This document shows positions 27,001 through 42,000 of a stretch of 64,000 bases of DNA, in pieces. The position numbers and the translations under genes are program-made. How positions within the stretch are numbered: position 1 is the stretch's first letter; every line of letters starts with the position of its first letter. The notes beneath the pieces were generated by a model. It was not told the origin of the DNA and ran no database searches. It worked only from the letters and a program-made list of their open reading frames with translations. Source of the stretch: the human T2T-CHM13v2.0 reference genome, Homo sapiens; assembly GCF_009914755.1 (NCBI RefSeq), contig NC_060945.1; one strand, written 5' to 3'.

Positions 27001-30000
27001 TCTTGACTAGGAACTGCCTACAGAGGTTATTGTGAAATATCTCTGCACTGATAAACTAGGTGGTGTAACCCTTGTCCAAGCTCTGCCTACAGGGGCGTTT
27101 CCACATATCCCTGAACTGATGACAAAGGTGATGTAACTCTTGCCTAGGCTTTGCCTACAGGGACATTGGACATATATCTGCACTGATCACCCAGGAGATG
27201 CAACTCTTGCCTAGGCTTTGCCTACAGGGTACTCTGTGACATATCTCTTCAATGACCACTCATGTGATGCATCTCTTGCCTAGGCTTTGCCAACAGGGGA
27301 CATTGTGACATATCTCTGCACTGATCTCCCTGGTACTGTAACTTTAGTCTAGGCTCTGGCTACACGGCATTGTGACATATCACTGCACTGATCAACCAGG
27401 TTATATAACTCTTGTATAGGCTCTGCCTACAGGGGGCTTGTGACCTACCTCTGCACTGATCACCCAGGTGATATAACTCTTCTCTAGGATCTGCCTACAG
27501 GGTGCTTTGTGACATATCCCTGCACTGATCACCCAGGTGACCTAACTCTGGTCTAAGCTCTGCCTAAAGGGGCATTGTGACAGATCTCTGCACTGATCAC
27601 TCAGGTGATGTAACTATTGTCTAGGCTCTGCTTAAAGGGGCCTTGTCACATATCCCTGCACTGATCACCCAGGTGATGTAACTCTTGTCTAGGCTCTGCT
27701 TCCAGGGCATATTGTGACATAACTATGCACTGATCACCTTAGTGATTTAACACTTGTGTAGGCTCGGCCTACAGAGGAATCTTGACATATCTCTGAACTG
27801 TTAAACGAGGTGATTTAACTCTTGTCTAGGCTGTGCCCACAGGGGGATTGAGACATATCTCTGCACTGATCCCGAGGTGATCCAACTCTTGCCTGGTCTC
27901 TGCCTACTGGGGACATTGTGACATATCTCTGCACTGATCTCCCAGGTGCTGTAAATTTTGTCTAGGCTCTGGCTACACGGCATTGTGACTTATCACTGCA
28001 CTGATCACCCAGGCGATACAACTATTGTCTAGGCTCTGCCTACAATGGTCTTGTGACATATCTCTGCACTGATCACCCAGGTGATATAACTCTTCTCTAG
28101 GATCTGACCACGGGGTGCTTTGTGAAATATCCCTGCAATGAGCACCCAGGTGATATACCACTTGCCAAGGCTCTGCTTACAGGGGCATTGCAATGTATCT
28201 CTGCACTGATCACCTAGGTCTTGTAGCTATTTTCTAGGATCTGCCTACAGGGGGCTTTGTGACGTGTCCCAGCAAGGATTACCCAGGTGATGTACCTCTC
28301 ATCAAGGCTCTGCCTACAGGCACATTGCGATATATCTCTGCACTGATCACCTAGGTCACGTAACTTTTGTCTAGGCTCTACCTACGATGGTATTGTGACA
28401 TATCTCTGCACTAATCATCCAAGTGATGTAACACTTGTCTAGGATGTGCCTAAATTAACTTTTTGACATAACCCTGTACTGATCATCCAGGTGATGGGGC
28501 TTTTGTCTAGGCTCTGCCTAAGGGGGCATTGTGACATATTTGTGCATTGATCACCCAGGTGGCGAACTCTTCTCTCGGATCTGCCTATGGGGGCATTGTG
28601 AGAAATCTCTGCACTGATCACCCAGGTGATGTAACTGTTGTGTAACCTCTGCCTACAGGGGAATTGTGAGAGATCTCCCCACTGATTACCCAAGTGATGT
28701 AACCATTGTCCAGGCTTTGCGTACAGGGGGCTTTGTGACATACCTTTGCACTGATCACCCAGGTGATGTAACACATCTAAGTTCGGCCTAAAGGAGCTTT
28801 GTGACACATCTCTGCACTGATCACTTAGGTGATGTAACACTTTTATAATCACTGCCTACAGGGAATTTTGACAAATCTCTGCACTGATCACCTAGGTGAT
28901 GTAACTCTTGTCTACCCTCTGTCCAACGGGGCATTGTGAAATATCTCAGCACTGAACACCCAGGTGATTCAACTCTTGACTAGGAACTGCCTACAGAGGT
29001 TATTGTGAAATATCTCTGCACTGATAAACTAGGTGGTGTAACCCTTGTCCAAGCTCTGCCTACAGGGGCGTTTCCACATATCCCTGAACTGATGACAAAG
29101 GTGATGTAACTCTTGCCTAGGCTTTGCCTACAGGGACATTGGACATATATCTGCACTGATCACCCAGGAGATGCAACTCTTGCCTAGGCTTTGCCTACAG
29201 GGTACTCTGTGACATATCTCTTCAATGACCACTCATGTGATGCATCTCTTGCCTAGGCTTTGCCAACAGGGGACATTGTGACATATCTCTGCACTGATCT
29301 CCCTGGTACTGTAACTTTAGTCTAGGCTCTGGCTACACGGCATTGTGACATATCACTGCACTGATCAACCAGGTTATATAACTCTTGTATAGGCTCTGCC
29401 TACAGGGGGCTTGTGACCTACCTCTGCACTGATCACCCAGGTGATATAACTCTTCTCTAGGATCTGCCTACAGGGTGCTTTGTGACATATCCCTGCACTG
29501 ATCACCCAGGTGACCTAACTCTGGTCTAAGCTCTGCCTAAAGGGGCATTGTGACAGATCTCTGCACTGATCACTCAGGTGATGTAACTATTGTCTAGGCT
29601 CTGCTTAAAGGGGCCTTGTCACATATCCCTGCACTGATCACCCAGGTGATGTAACTCTTGTCTAGGCTCTGCTTCCAGGGCATATTGTGACATAACTATG
29701 CACTGATCACCTTAGTGATTTAACACTTGTGTAGGCTCGGCCTACAGAGGAATCTTGACATATCTCTGAACTGTTAAACGAGGTGATTTAACTCTTGTCT
29801 AGGCTGTGCCCACAGGGGGATTGAGACATATCTCTGCACTGATCCCGAGGTGATCCAACTCTTGCCTGGTCTCTGCCTACTGGGGACATTGTGACATATC
29901 TCTGCACTGATCTCCCAGGTGCTGTAAATTTTGTCTAGGCTCTGGCTACACGGCATTGTGACTTATCACTGCACTGATCACCCAGGCGATACAACTATTG

Positions 30001-33000
30001 TCTAGGCTCTGCCTACAATGGTCTTGTGACATATCTCTGCACTGATCACCCAGGTGATATAACTCTTCTCTAGGATCTGACCACGGGGTGCTTTGTGAAA
30101 TATCCCTGCAATGAGCACCCAGGTGATATACCACTTGCCAAGGCTCTGCTTACAGGGGCATTGCAATGTATCTCTGCACTGATCACCTAGGTCTTGTAGC
30201 TATTTTCTAGGATCTGCCTACAGGGGGCTTTGTGACGTGTCCCAGCAAGGATTACCCAGGTGATGTACCTCTCATCAAGGCTCTGCCTACAGGCACATTG
30301 CGATATATCTCTGCACTGATCACCTAGGTCACGTAACTTTTGTCTAGGCTCTACCTACGATGGTATTGTGACATATCTCTGCACTAATCATCCAAGTGAT
30401 GTAACACTTGTCTAGGATGTGCCTAAATTAACTTTTTGACATAACCCTGTACTGATCATCCAGGTGATGGGGCTTTTGTCTAGGCTCTGCCTAAGGGGGC
30501 ATTGTGACATATTTGTGCATTGATCACCCAGGTGGCGAACTCTTCTCTCGGATCTGCCTATGGGGGCATTGTGAGAAATCTCTGCACTGATCACCCAGGT
30601 GATGTAACTGTTGTGTAACCTCTGCCTACAGGGGAATTGTGAGAGATCTCCCCACTGATTACCCAAGTGATGTAACCATTGTCTAGGCTTTGCGTACAGG
30701 GGGCTTTGTGACATACCTTTGCACTGATCACCCAGGTGATGTAACACATCTAAGTTCGGCCTAAAGGAGCTTTGTGACACATCTCTGCACTGATCACTTA
30801 GGTGATGTAACACTTTTATAATCACTGCCTACAGGGAATTTTGACAAATCTCTGCACTGATCACCTAGGTGATGTAACTCTTGTCTACCCTCTGTCCAAC
30901 GGGGCATTGTGAAATATCTCAGCACTGAACACCCAGGTGATTCAACTCTTGACTAGGAACTGCCTACAGAGGTTATTGTGAAATATCTCTGCACTGATAA
31001 ACTAGGTGGTGTAACCCTTGTCCAAGCTCTGCCTACAGGGGCGTTTCCACATATCCCTGAACTGATGACAAAGGTGATGTAACTCTTGCCTAGGCTTTGC
31101 CTCCAGGGACATTGGACATATATCTGCACTGATCACCCAGGTGATGCAACTCTTGCCTAGGCTTTGCCTACAGGGTACTCTGTGACATATCTCTTCAATG
31201 ACCACTCATGTGATGCATCTCTTGCCTAGGCTTTGCCAACAGGGGACATTGTGACATATCTCTGCACTGATCTCCCTGGTACTGTAACTTTAGTCTAGGC
31301 TCTGGCTACACAGCATTGTGACATATCACTGCACTGATCAACCAGGTTATATAACTCTTGTATAGGCTCTGCCTACAGGGGGCTTGTGACCTACCTCTGC
31401 ACTGATCACCCAGGTGATATAACTCTTCTCTAGGATCTGCCTACAGGGTGCTTTGTGACATATCCCTGCACTGATCACCCAGGTGACCTAACTCTGGTCT
31501 AAGCTCTGCCTAAAGGGGCATTGTGACAGATCTCTGCACTGATCACTCAGGTGATGTAACTATTGTCTAGGCTCTGCTTAAAGGGGCCTTGTCACATATC
31601 CCTGCACTGATCACCCAGGTGATGTAACTCTTGTCTAGGCTCTGCTTCCAGGGCATATTGTGACATAACTATGCACTGATCGCCTTAGTGATTTAACACT
31701 TGTGTAGGCTCGGCCTACAGAGGAATCTTGACATATCTCTGCACTGTTAAACGAGGTGATTTAACTCTTGTCTAGGCTGTGCCCACAGGGGGATTGAGAC
31801 ATATCTCTGCACTGATCCCCAGGTGATCCAACTCTTGCCTGGTCTCTGCCTACTGTGGACATTGTGACATATCTCTGCACTGATCTCCCAGGTGCTGTAA
31901 ATTTTGTCTAGGCTCTGGCTACACGGCATTGTGACTTATCACTGCACTGATCACCCAGGCGATACAACTCTTGTCTAGGCTCTGCCTACAATGGTCTTGT
32001 GATATATCTCTGCACTGATCACCCAGGTGATATAACTCTTCTCTAGGATCTGACCACGGGGTGCTTTGTGACATATCCCTGCAATGATCACCCAGGTGAT
32101 ATACCACTTGCCAAGGCTCTGCTTACAGGGGCATTGCAATGTATCTCTGCACTGATCACCTAGGTCTTGTAGCTATTTTCTAGGATCTGCCTACAGGGTG
32201 CTTTGTGACGGGTACCAGCAAGGATTACCCAGGTGATGTACCTCTCATCAAGGCTCTGCCTACAGGCACATTGCGATATATCTCTGCACTGATCACCAAG
32301 GTCACGTAACTTTCGTCTAGGCTCTACCTACGATGGTATTGTGACATATCTCTGCACTAATCATCCAAGTGATGTAACACTTGTCTAGGATGTGCCTAAA
32401 TTAACTTTTTGACATAACCCTGTACTGATCATCCAGGTGATGGGGCTTTTGTCTAGGCTCTGCCTAAGGGGGCATTGTGACATATTTCTGCATTGATCAC
32501 CCAGGTGGCGAACTCTTCTCTCGGATCTGCCTATGGGGGCATTGGGAGAAATCTCTGCACTGATCACCCAGGTGATGTAACTGTTGTGTAACCTCTGCCT
32601 ACAGGGGAATTGTGAGAGATCTCCCCACTGATTACCCAAGTGATGTAACCATTGTCTAGGCTTTGCGTACAGGGGGCTTTGTGACATACCTTTGCACTGA
32701 TCAACCAGGTGATGTAACACATCTAAGTTCGGCCTAAAGGAGCTTTGTGACACATATCTGCACTGATCACTTAGGTGATGTAACACTTTTATAAGCACTG
32801 CCTACAGGGAATTTTGACAAATCTCTGCACTGATCACCTAGGTGATGTAACTCTTGTCTACCCTCTGTCCAACGGGGCATTGTGAAATATCTCAGCACTG
32901 AACACCCAGGTGATTCAACTCTTGACTAGGAACTGCCTACAGAGGTTATTGTGAAATATCTCTGCACTGATAAACTAGGTGGTGTAACCCTTGTCCAAGC

Positions 33001-36000
33001 TCTGCCTACAGGGGCGTTTCCACATATCCCTGAACTGATGACAAAGGTGATGTAACTCTTGCCTAGGCTTTGCCTACAGGGGCATTGGACATATATCTGT
33101 ACTGATCACCCAGGTGATGCAACTCTTGCCTAGGCTTTGCCTACAGGGGACACTGTGACATATCTCTTCAATGATCACTCATGTGATGCATCTCTTGCCT
33201 AGGCTTTGACAACAGGGGACATTGTGACATATCTCTGCACTGATCTCCCTGGTACTGTAACTTTAGTCTAGGCTCTGGCTACACGGCATTGTGACATATC
33301 ACTGCACTGATCAACCAGGTGATATAACTCTTGTATAGGCTCTGCCTACAGGGGGCTTGTGACCTACCTCTGCACTGATCACCCAGGTGATATAACTCTT
33401 CTCTAGGATCTGCCTACAGGGTGCTTTGTGACATATCCCTGCACTGATCACCCAGGTGACTAACTCTGGTCTAAGCTCTGCCTAAAGGGGCATTGTGACA
33501 GATCTCTGCACTGATCACTCAGGTGATGTAACTATTGTCTAGGCTCTGCTTAAAGGGGCCTTGTCACATATCCCTGCACTGATCACCCAGGTGATGTAAC
33601 TCTTGTCTAGGCTCTGCTTCCAGGGCATATTGTGACATAACTATGCACTGATCACCTTAGTGATTTAACACTTGTGTAGGCTCGGCCTACAGAGGAATCT
33701 TGACATATCTCTGAACTGTTAAACGAGGTGATTTAACTCTTGTCTAGGCTGTGCCCACAGGGGGATTGAGACATATCTCTGCACTGATCCCGAGGTGATC
33801 CAACTCTTGCCTGGTCTCTGCCTACTGGGGACATTGTGACATATCTCTGCACTGATCTCCCAGGTGCTGTAAATTTTGTCTAGGCTCTGGCTACACGGCA
33901 TTGTGACTTATCACTGCACTGATCACCCAGGCGATACAACTCTTGTCTAGGCTCTGCCTACAATGGTCTTGTGACATATCTCTGCACTGATCACCCAGGT
34001 GATATAACTCTTCTCTAGGATCTGACCACGGGGTGCTTTGTGAAATATCCCTGCAATGATCACCCAGGTGATATACCACTTGCCAAGGCTCTGCTTACAG
34101 GGGCATTGCAATGTATCTCTGCACTGATCACCTAGGTCTTGTAGCTATTTTCTAGGATCTGCCTACAGGGTGCTTTGTGACGTGTCCCAGCAAAGATTAC
34201 CCAGGTGATGTACCTCTCACCAAGGCTCTGCCTACAGGCACATTGCGATATATCTCTGCACTGATCACCTAGGTCATGTAACTTTTGTCTAGGCTCTACC
34301 TACGATGGTATTGTGACATATCTCTGCACTAATCATCCAAGTGATGTAACACTTGTCTAGGATGTGCCTAAATTAACTTTTTGACATAACCCTGTACTGA
34401 TCATCCAGGTGATGGGGCTTTTGTCTAGGCTCTGCCTAAGGGGGCATTGTGACATATTTGTGCATTGATCACCCAGGTGGCGAACTCTTCTCTCGGATCT
34501 GCCTATGGGGGCATTGTGAGAAATCTCTGCACTGATAACCCAGGTGATGTAACTGTTGTGTAACCTCTGCCTACAGGGGAATTGTGAGAGATCTCCCCAC
34601 TGATTACCCAAGTGATGTAACCATTGTCCAGGCTTTGCGTACAGGGGGCTTTGTGACATACCTTTGCACTGATCACCCAGGTGATGTAACACATCTAAGT
34701 TCGGCCTAAAGGAGCTTTGTGACACATCTCTGCACTGATCACTTAGGTGATGTAACACTTTTATAATCACTGCCTACAGGGAATTTTGACAAATCTCTGC
34801 ACTGATCACCTAGGTGATGTAACTCTTGTCTACCCTCTGTCCAACGGGGCATTGTGAAATATCTCAGCACTGAACACCCAGGTGATTCAACTCTTGACTA
34901 GGAACTGCCTACAGAGGTTATTGTGAAATATCTCTGCACTGATAAACTAGGTGGTGTAACCCTTGTCCAAGCTCTGCCTACAGGGGCGTTTCCACATATC
35001 CCTGAACTGATGACAAAGGTGATGTAACTCTTGCCTAGGCTTTGCCTACAGGGACATTGGACATATATCTGCACTGATCACCCAGGTGATGCAACTCTTG
35101 CCTAGGCTTTGCCTACAGGGTACTCTGTGACATATCTCTTCAATGACCACTCATGTGATGCATCTCTTGCCTAGGCTTTGCCAACAGGGGACATTGTGAC
35201 ATATCTCTGCACTGATCTCCCTGGTACTGTAACTTTAGTCTAGGCTCTGGCTACACGGCATTGTGACATATCACTGCACTGATCAACCAGGTTATATAAC
35301 TCTTGTATAGGCTCTGCCTACAGGGGGCTTGTGACCTACCTCTGCACTGATCACCCAGGTGATATAACTCTTCTCTAGGATCTGCCTACAGGGTGCTTTG
35401 TGACATATCCCTGCACTGATCACCCAGGTGACCTAACTCTGGTCTAAGCTCTGCCTAAAGGGGCATTGTGACAGATCTCTGCACTGATCACTCAGGTGAT
35501 GTAACTATTGTCTAGGCTCTGCTTAAAGGGGCCTTGTCACATATCCCTGCACTGATCACCCAGGTGATGTAACTCTTGTCTAGGCTCTGCTTCCAGGGCA
35601 TATTGTGACATAACTATGCACTGATCACCTTAGTGATTTAACACTTGTGTAGGCTCGGCCTACAGAGGAATCTTGACATATCTCTGAACTGTTAAACGAG
35701 GTGATTTAACTCTTGTCTAGGCTGTGCCCACAGGGGGATTGAGACATATCTCTGCACTGATCCCGAGGTGATCCAACTCTTGCCTGGTCTCTGCCTACTG
35801 GGGACATTGTGACATATCTCTGCACTGATCTCCCAGGTGCTGTAAATTTTGTCTAGGCTCTGGCTACACGGCATTGTGACTTATCACTGCACTGATCACC
35901 CAGGCGATACAACTCTTGTCTAGGCTCTGCCTACAATGGTCTTGTGACATATCTCTGCACTGATCACCCAGGTGATATAACTCTTCTCTAGGATCTGACC

Positions 36001-39000
36001 ACGGGGTGCTTTGTGAAATATCCCTGCAATGAGCACCCAGGTGATATACCACTTGCCAAGGCTCTGCTTACAGGGGCATTGCAATGTATCTCTGCACTGA
36101 TCACCTAGGTCTTGTAGCTATTTTCTAGGATCTGCCTACAGGGGGCTTTGTGACGTGTCCCAGCAAGGATTACCCAGGTGATGTACCTCTCATCAAGGCT
36201 CTGCCTACAGGCACATTGCGATATATCTCTGCACTGATCACCTAGGTCACGTAACTTTTGTCTAGGCTCTACCTACGATGGTATTGTGACATATCTCTGC
36301 ACTAATCATCCAAGTGATGTAACACTTGTCTAGGATGTGCCTAAATTAACTTTTTGACATAACCCTGTACTGATCATCCAGGTGATGGGGCTTTTGTCTA
36401 GGCTCTGCCTAAGGGGGCATTGTGACATATTTGTGCATTGATCACCCAGGTGGCGAACTCTTCTCTCGGATCTGCCTATGGGGGCATTGTGAGAAATCTC
36501 TGCACTGATCACCCAGGTGATGTAACTGTTGTGTAACCTCTGCCTACAGGGGAATTGTGAGAGATCTCCCCACTGATTACCCAAGTGATGTAACCATTGT
36601 CTAGGCTTTGCGTACAGGGGGCTTTGTGACATACCTTTGCACTGATCACCCAGGTGATGTAACACATCTAAGTTCGGCCTAAAGGAGCTTTGTGACACAT
36701 CTCTGCACTGATCACTTAGGTGATGTAACACTTTTATAATCACTGCCTACAGGGAATTTTGACAAATCTCTGCACTGATCACCTAGGTGATGTAACTCTT
36801 GTCTACCCTCTGTCCAACGGGGCATTGTGAAATATCTCAGCACTGAACACCCAGGTGATTCAACTCTTGACTAGGAACTGCCTACAGAGGTTATTGTGAA
36901 ATATCTCTGCACTGATAAACTAGGTGGTGTAACCCTTGTCCAAGCTCTGCCTACAGGGGCGTTTCCACATATCCCTGAACTGATGACAAAGGTGATGTAA
37001 CTCTTGCCTAGGCTTTGCCTCCAGGGACATTGGACATATATCTGCACTGATCACCCAGGTGATGCAACTCTTGCCTAGGCTTTGCCTACAGGGTACTCTG
37101 TGACATATCTCTTCAATGACCACTCATGTGATGCATCTCTTGCCTAGGCTTTGCCAACAGGGGACATTGTGACATATCTCTGCACTGATCTCCCTGGTAC
37201 TGTAACTTTAGTCTAGGCTCTGGCTACACAGCATTGTGACATATCACTGCACTGATCAACCAGGTTATATAACTCTTGTATAGGCTCTGCCTACAGGGGG
37301 CTTGTGACCTACCTCTGCACTGATCACCCAGGTGATATAACTCTTCTCTAGGATCTGCCTACAGGGTGCTTTGTGACATATCCCTGCACTGATCACCCAG
37401 GTGACCTAACTCTGGTCTAAGCTCTGCCTAAAGGGGCATTGTGACAGATCTCTGCACTGATCACTCAGGTGATGTAACTATTGTCTAGGCTCTGCTTAAA
37501 GGGGCCTTGTCACATATCCCTGCACTGATCACCCAGGTGATGTAACTCTTGTCTAGGCTCTGCTTCCAGGGCATATTGTGACATAACTATGCACTGATCA
37601 CCTTAGTGATTTAACACTTGTGTAGGCTCGGCCTACAGAGGAATCTTGACATATCTCTGCACTGTTAAACGAGGTGATTTAACTCTTGTCTAGGCTGTGC
37701 CCACAGGGGGATTGAGACATATCTCTGCACTGATCCCCAGGTGATCCAACTCTTGCCTGGTCTCTGCCTACTGTGGACATTGTGACATATCTCTGCACTG
37801 ATCTCCCAGGTGCTGTAAATTTTGTCTAGGCTCTGGCTACACGGCATTGTGACTTATCACTGCACTGATCACCCAGGCGATACAACTCTTGTCTAGGCTC
37901 TGCCTACAATGGTCTTGTGATATATCTCTGCACTGATCACCCAGGTGATATAACTCTTCTCTAGGATCTGACCACGGGGTGCTTTGTGACATATCCCTGC
38001 AATGATCACCCAGGTGATATACCACTTGCCAAGGCTCTGCTTACAGGGGCATTGCAATGTATCTCTGCACTGATCACCTAGGTCTTGTAGCTATTTTCTA
38101 GGATCTGCCTACAGGGTGCTTTGTGACGGGTACCAGCAAGGATTACCCAGGTGATGTACCTCTCATCAAGGCTCTGCCTACAGGCACATTGCGATATATC
38201 TCTGCACTGATCACCAAGGTCACGTAACTTTCGTCTAGGCTCTACCTACGATGGTATTGTGACATATCTCTGCACTAATCATCCAAGTGATGTAACACTT
38301 GTCTAGGATGTGCCTAAATTAACTTTTTGACATAACCCTGTACTGATCATCCAGGTGATGGGGCTTTTGTCTAGGCTCTGCCTAAGGGGGCATTGTGACA
38401 TATTTCTGCATTGATCACCCAGGTGGCGAACTCTTCTCTCGGATCTGCCTATGGGGGCATTGGGAGAAATCTCTGCACTGATCACCCAGGTGATGTAACT
38501 GTTGTGTAACCTCTGCCTACAGGGGAATTGTGAGAGATCTCCCCACTGATTACCCAAGTGATGTAACCATTGTCTAGGCTTTGCGTACAGGGGGCTTTGT
38601 GACATACCTTTGCACTGATCAACCAGGTGATGTAACACATCTAAGTTCGGCCTAAAGGAGCTTTGTGACACATCTCTGCACTGATCACTTAGGTGATGTA
38701 ACACTTTTATAATCACTGCCTACAGGGAATTTTGACAAATCTCTGCACTGATCACCTAGGTGATGTAACTCTTGTCTACCCTCTGTCCAACAGGGCATTG
38801 TGAAATATCTCAGGACTGAACACCCAGGTGATTCAACTCTTGACTAGGAACTGCCTACAGAGGTTATTGTGAAATATCTCTGCACTGATAAACTAGGTGG
38901 TGTAACCCTTGTCCAAGCTCTGCCTACAGGGGCGTTTCCACATATCCCTGAACTGATGACAAAGGTGATGTAACTCTTGCCTAGGCTTTGCCTACAGGGG

Positions 39001-42000
39001 CATTGGACATATATCTGCACTGATCACCCAGGTGATGCAACTCTTGCCTAGGCTTTGCCTACAGGGGACACTGTGACATATCTCTTCAATGATCACTCAT
39101 GTGATGCATCTCTTGCCTAGGCTTTGACAACAGGGGACATTGTGACATATCTCTGCACTGATCTCCCTGGTACTGTAACTTTAGTCTAGGCTCTGGCTAC
39201 ACGGCATTGTGACATATCACTGCACTGATCAACCAGGTGATATAACTCTTGTATAGGCTCTGCCTACAGGGGGCTTGTGACCTACCTCTGCACTGATCAC
39301 CCAGGTGATATAACTCTTCTCTAGGATCTGCCTACAGGGTGCTTTGTGACATATCCCTGCACTGATCACCCAGGTGACCTAACTCTGGTCTAAGCTCTGC
39401 CTAAAGGGGCATTGTGACAGATCTCTGCACTGATCACTCAGGTGATGTAACTATTGTCTAGGCTCTGCTTAAAGGGGCCTTGTCACATATCCCTGCACTG
39501 ATCACCCAGGTGATGTAACTCTTGTCTAGGCTCTGCTTCCAGGGCATATTGTGACATAACTATGCACTGATCACCTTAGTGATTTAACACTTGTGTAGGC
39601 TCGGCCTACAGAGGAATCTTGACATATCTCTGCACTGTTAAACGAGGTGATTTAACTCTTGTCTAGGCTGTGCCCACAGGGGGATTGAGACATATCTCTG
39701 CACTGATCCCGAGGTGATCCAACTCTTGCCTGGTCTCTGCCTACTGGGGACATTGTGACATATCTCTGCACTGATCTCCCAGGTGCTGTAAATTTTGTCT
39801 AGGCTCTGGCTACACGGCATTGTGACTTATCACTGCACTGATCACCCAGGCGATACAACTCTTGTCTAGGCTCTGCCTACAATGGTCTTGTGACATATCT
39901 CTGCACTGATCACCCAGGTGATATAACTCTTCTCTAGGATCTGACCACGGGGTGCTTTGTGACATATCCCTGCAATGATCACCCAGGTGATATACCACTT
40001 GCCAAGGCTCTGCTTACAGGGGCATTGCAATGTATCTCTGCACTGATCACCTAGGTCTTGTAGCTATTTTCTAGGATCTGCCTACAGGGTGCTTTCTGAC
40101 GTTTCCCCGCAAGGATTACCCAGGTGATGTACCTCTCATCAAGGCTCTGCCTACAGGCACATTGCGATATATCTCTGCACTGATCACCTAGGTCACGTAA
40201 CTTTTGTCTAGGCTCTACCTACGATGGTATTGTGACATATCTCTGCACTAATCATCCAAGTGATGTAACTCTTGTCTAGGATGTGCCTAAATTAACTTTT
40301 TGACATAACCCTGTACTGATCATCCAGGTGATGGGGCTTTTGTCTAGGCTCTGCCTAAGGGGGCATTGTGACATATTTGTGCATTGATCACCCAGGTGGC
40401 GAACTCTTCTCTCGGATCTGCCTATGGGGGCATTGTGAGAAATCTCTGCAGTGATCACCAGGGTGATGTAACTGTTGTGTAACCTCTGCCTACAGGGGAA
40501 TTGTGAGAGATCTCCCCACTGATTACCCAAGTGATGTAACCATTGTCTAGGCTTTGCGTACAGGGGGCTTTGTGACATACCTTTGCACTGATCACCCAGG
40601 TGATGTAACACATCTAAGTTCGGCCTAAAGGAGCTTTGTGACACATCTCTGCACTGATCACTTAGGTGATGTAACACTTTTATAATCACTGCCTACAGGG
40701 AATTTTGACAAATCTCTGCACTGATCACCTAGGTGATGTAACTCTTGTCTACCCTCTGTCCAACGGGGCATTGTGAAATATCTCAGCACTGAACACCCAG
40801 GTGATTCAACTCTTGACTAGGAACTGCCTACAGAGGTTATTGTGAAATATCTCTGCACTGATAAACTAGGTGGTGTAACCCTTGTCCAAGCTCTGCCTAC
40901 AGGGGCGTTTCCACATATCCCTGAACTGATGACAAAGGTGATGTAACTCTTACCTAGGCTTTGCCTACAGGGACATTGGACATATATCTGCACTGATCAC
41001 CCAGGTGATGCAACTCTTGCCTAGGCTTTGCCTACAGGGTACTCTGTGACATATCTCTTCAATGATCACTCATGTGATGCATCTCTTGCCTAGGCTTTGC
41101 CAACAGGGGACATTGTGACATATCTCTGCACTGATCTCCCTGGTACTGTAACTTTAGTCTAGGCTCTGGCTACACGGCATTGTGACATATCACTGCACTG
41201 ATCAACCAGGTGATATAACTCTTGTATAGGCTCTGCCTACAGGGGGCTTGTGACCTACCTCTGCACTGATCACCCAGGTGATATAACTCTTCTCTAGGAT
41301 CTGCCTACAGGGTGCTTTGTGACATATCCCTGCACTGATCACCCAGGTGACCTAACTCTGGTCTAAGCTCTGCCTAAAGGGGCATTGTGACAGATCTCTG
41401 CACTGATCACTCAGGTGATGTAACTATTGTCTAGGCTCTGCTTAAAGGGGCCTTGTCACATATCCCTGCACTGATCACCCAGGTGATGTAACTCTTGTCT
41501 AGGCTCTGCTTCCAGGGCATATTGTGACATAACTATGCACTGATCACCTTAGTGATTTAACACTTGTGTAGGCTCGGCCTACAGAGGAATCTTGACATAT
41601 CTCTGAACTGTTAAACGAGGTGATTTAACTCTTGTCTAGGCTGTGCCCACAGGGGGATTGAGACATATCTCTGCACTGATCCCGAGGTGATCCAACTCTT
41701 GCCTGGTCTCTGCCTACTGGGGACATTGTGACATATCTCTGCACTGATCTCCCAGGTGCTGTAAATTTTGTCTAGGCTCTGGCTACACGGCATTGTGACA
41801 TATCACTGCACTGATCACCCAGGCGATACAACTCTTGTCTAGGCTCTGCCTACAATGGTCTTGTGATATATCTCTGCACTGATCACCCAGGTGATATAAC
41901 TCTTCTCTAGGATCTGACCACGGGATGCTTTGTGACATATCCCTGCAATGATCACCCAGGTGATATACCATTTGCCAAGGCTCTGCTTACAGGGGCATTG

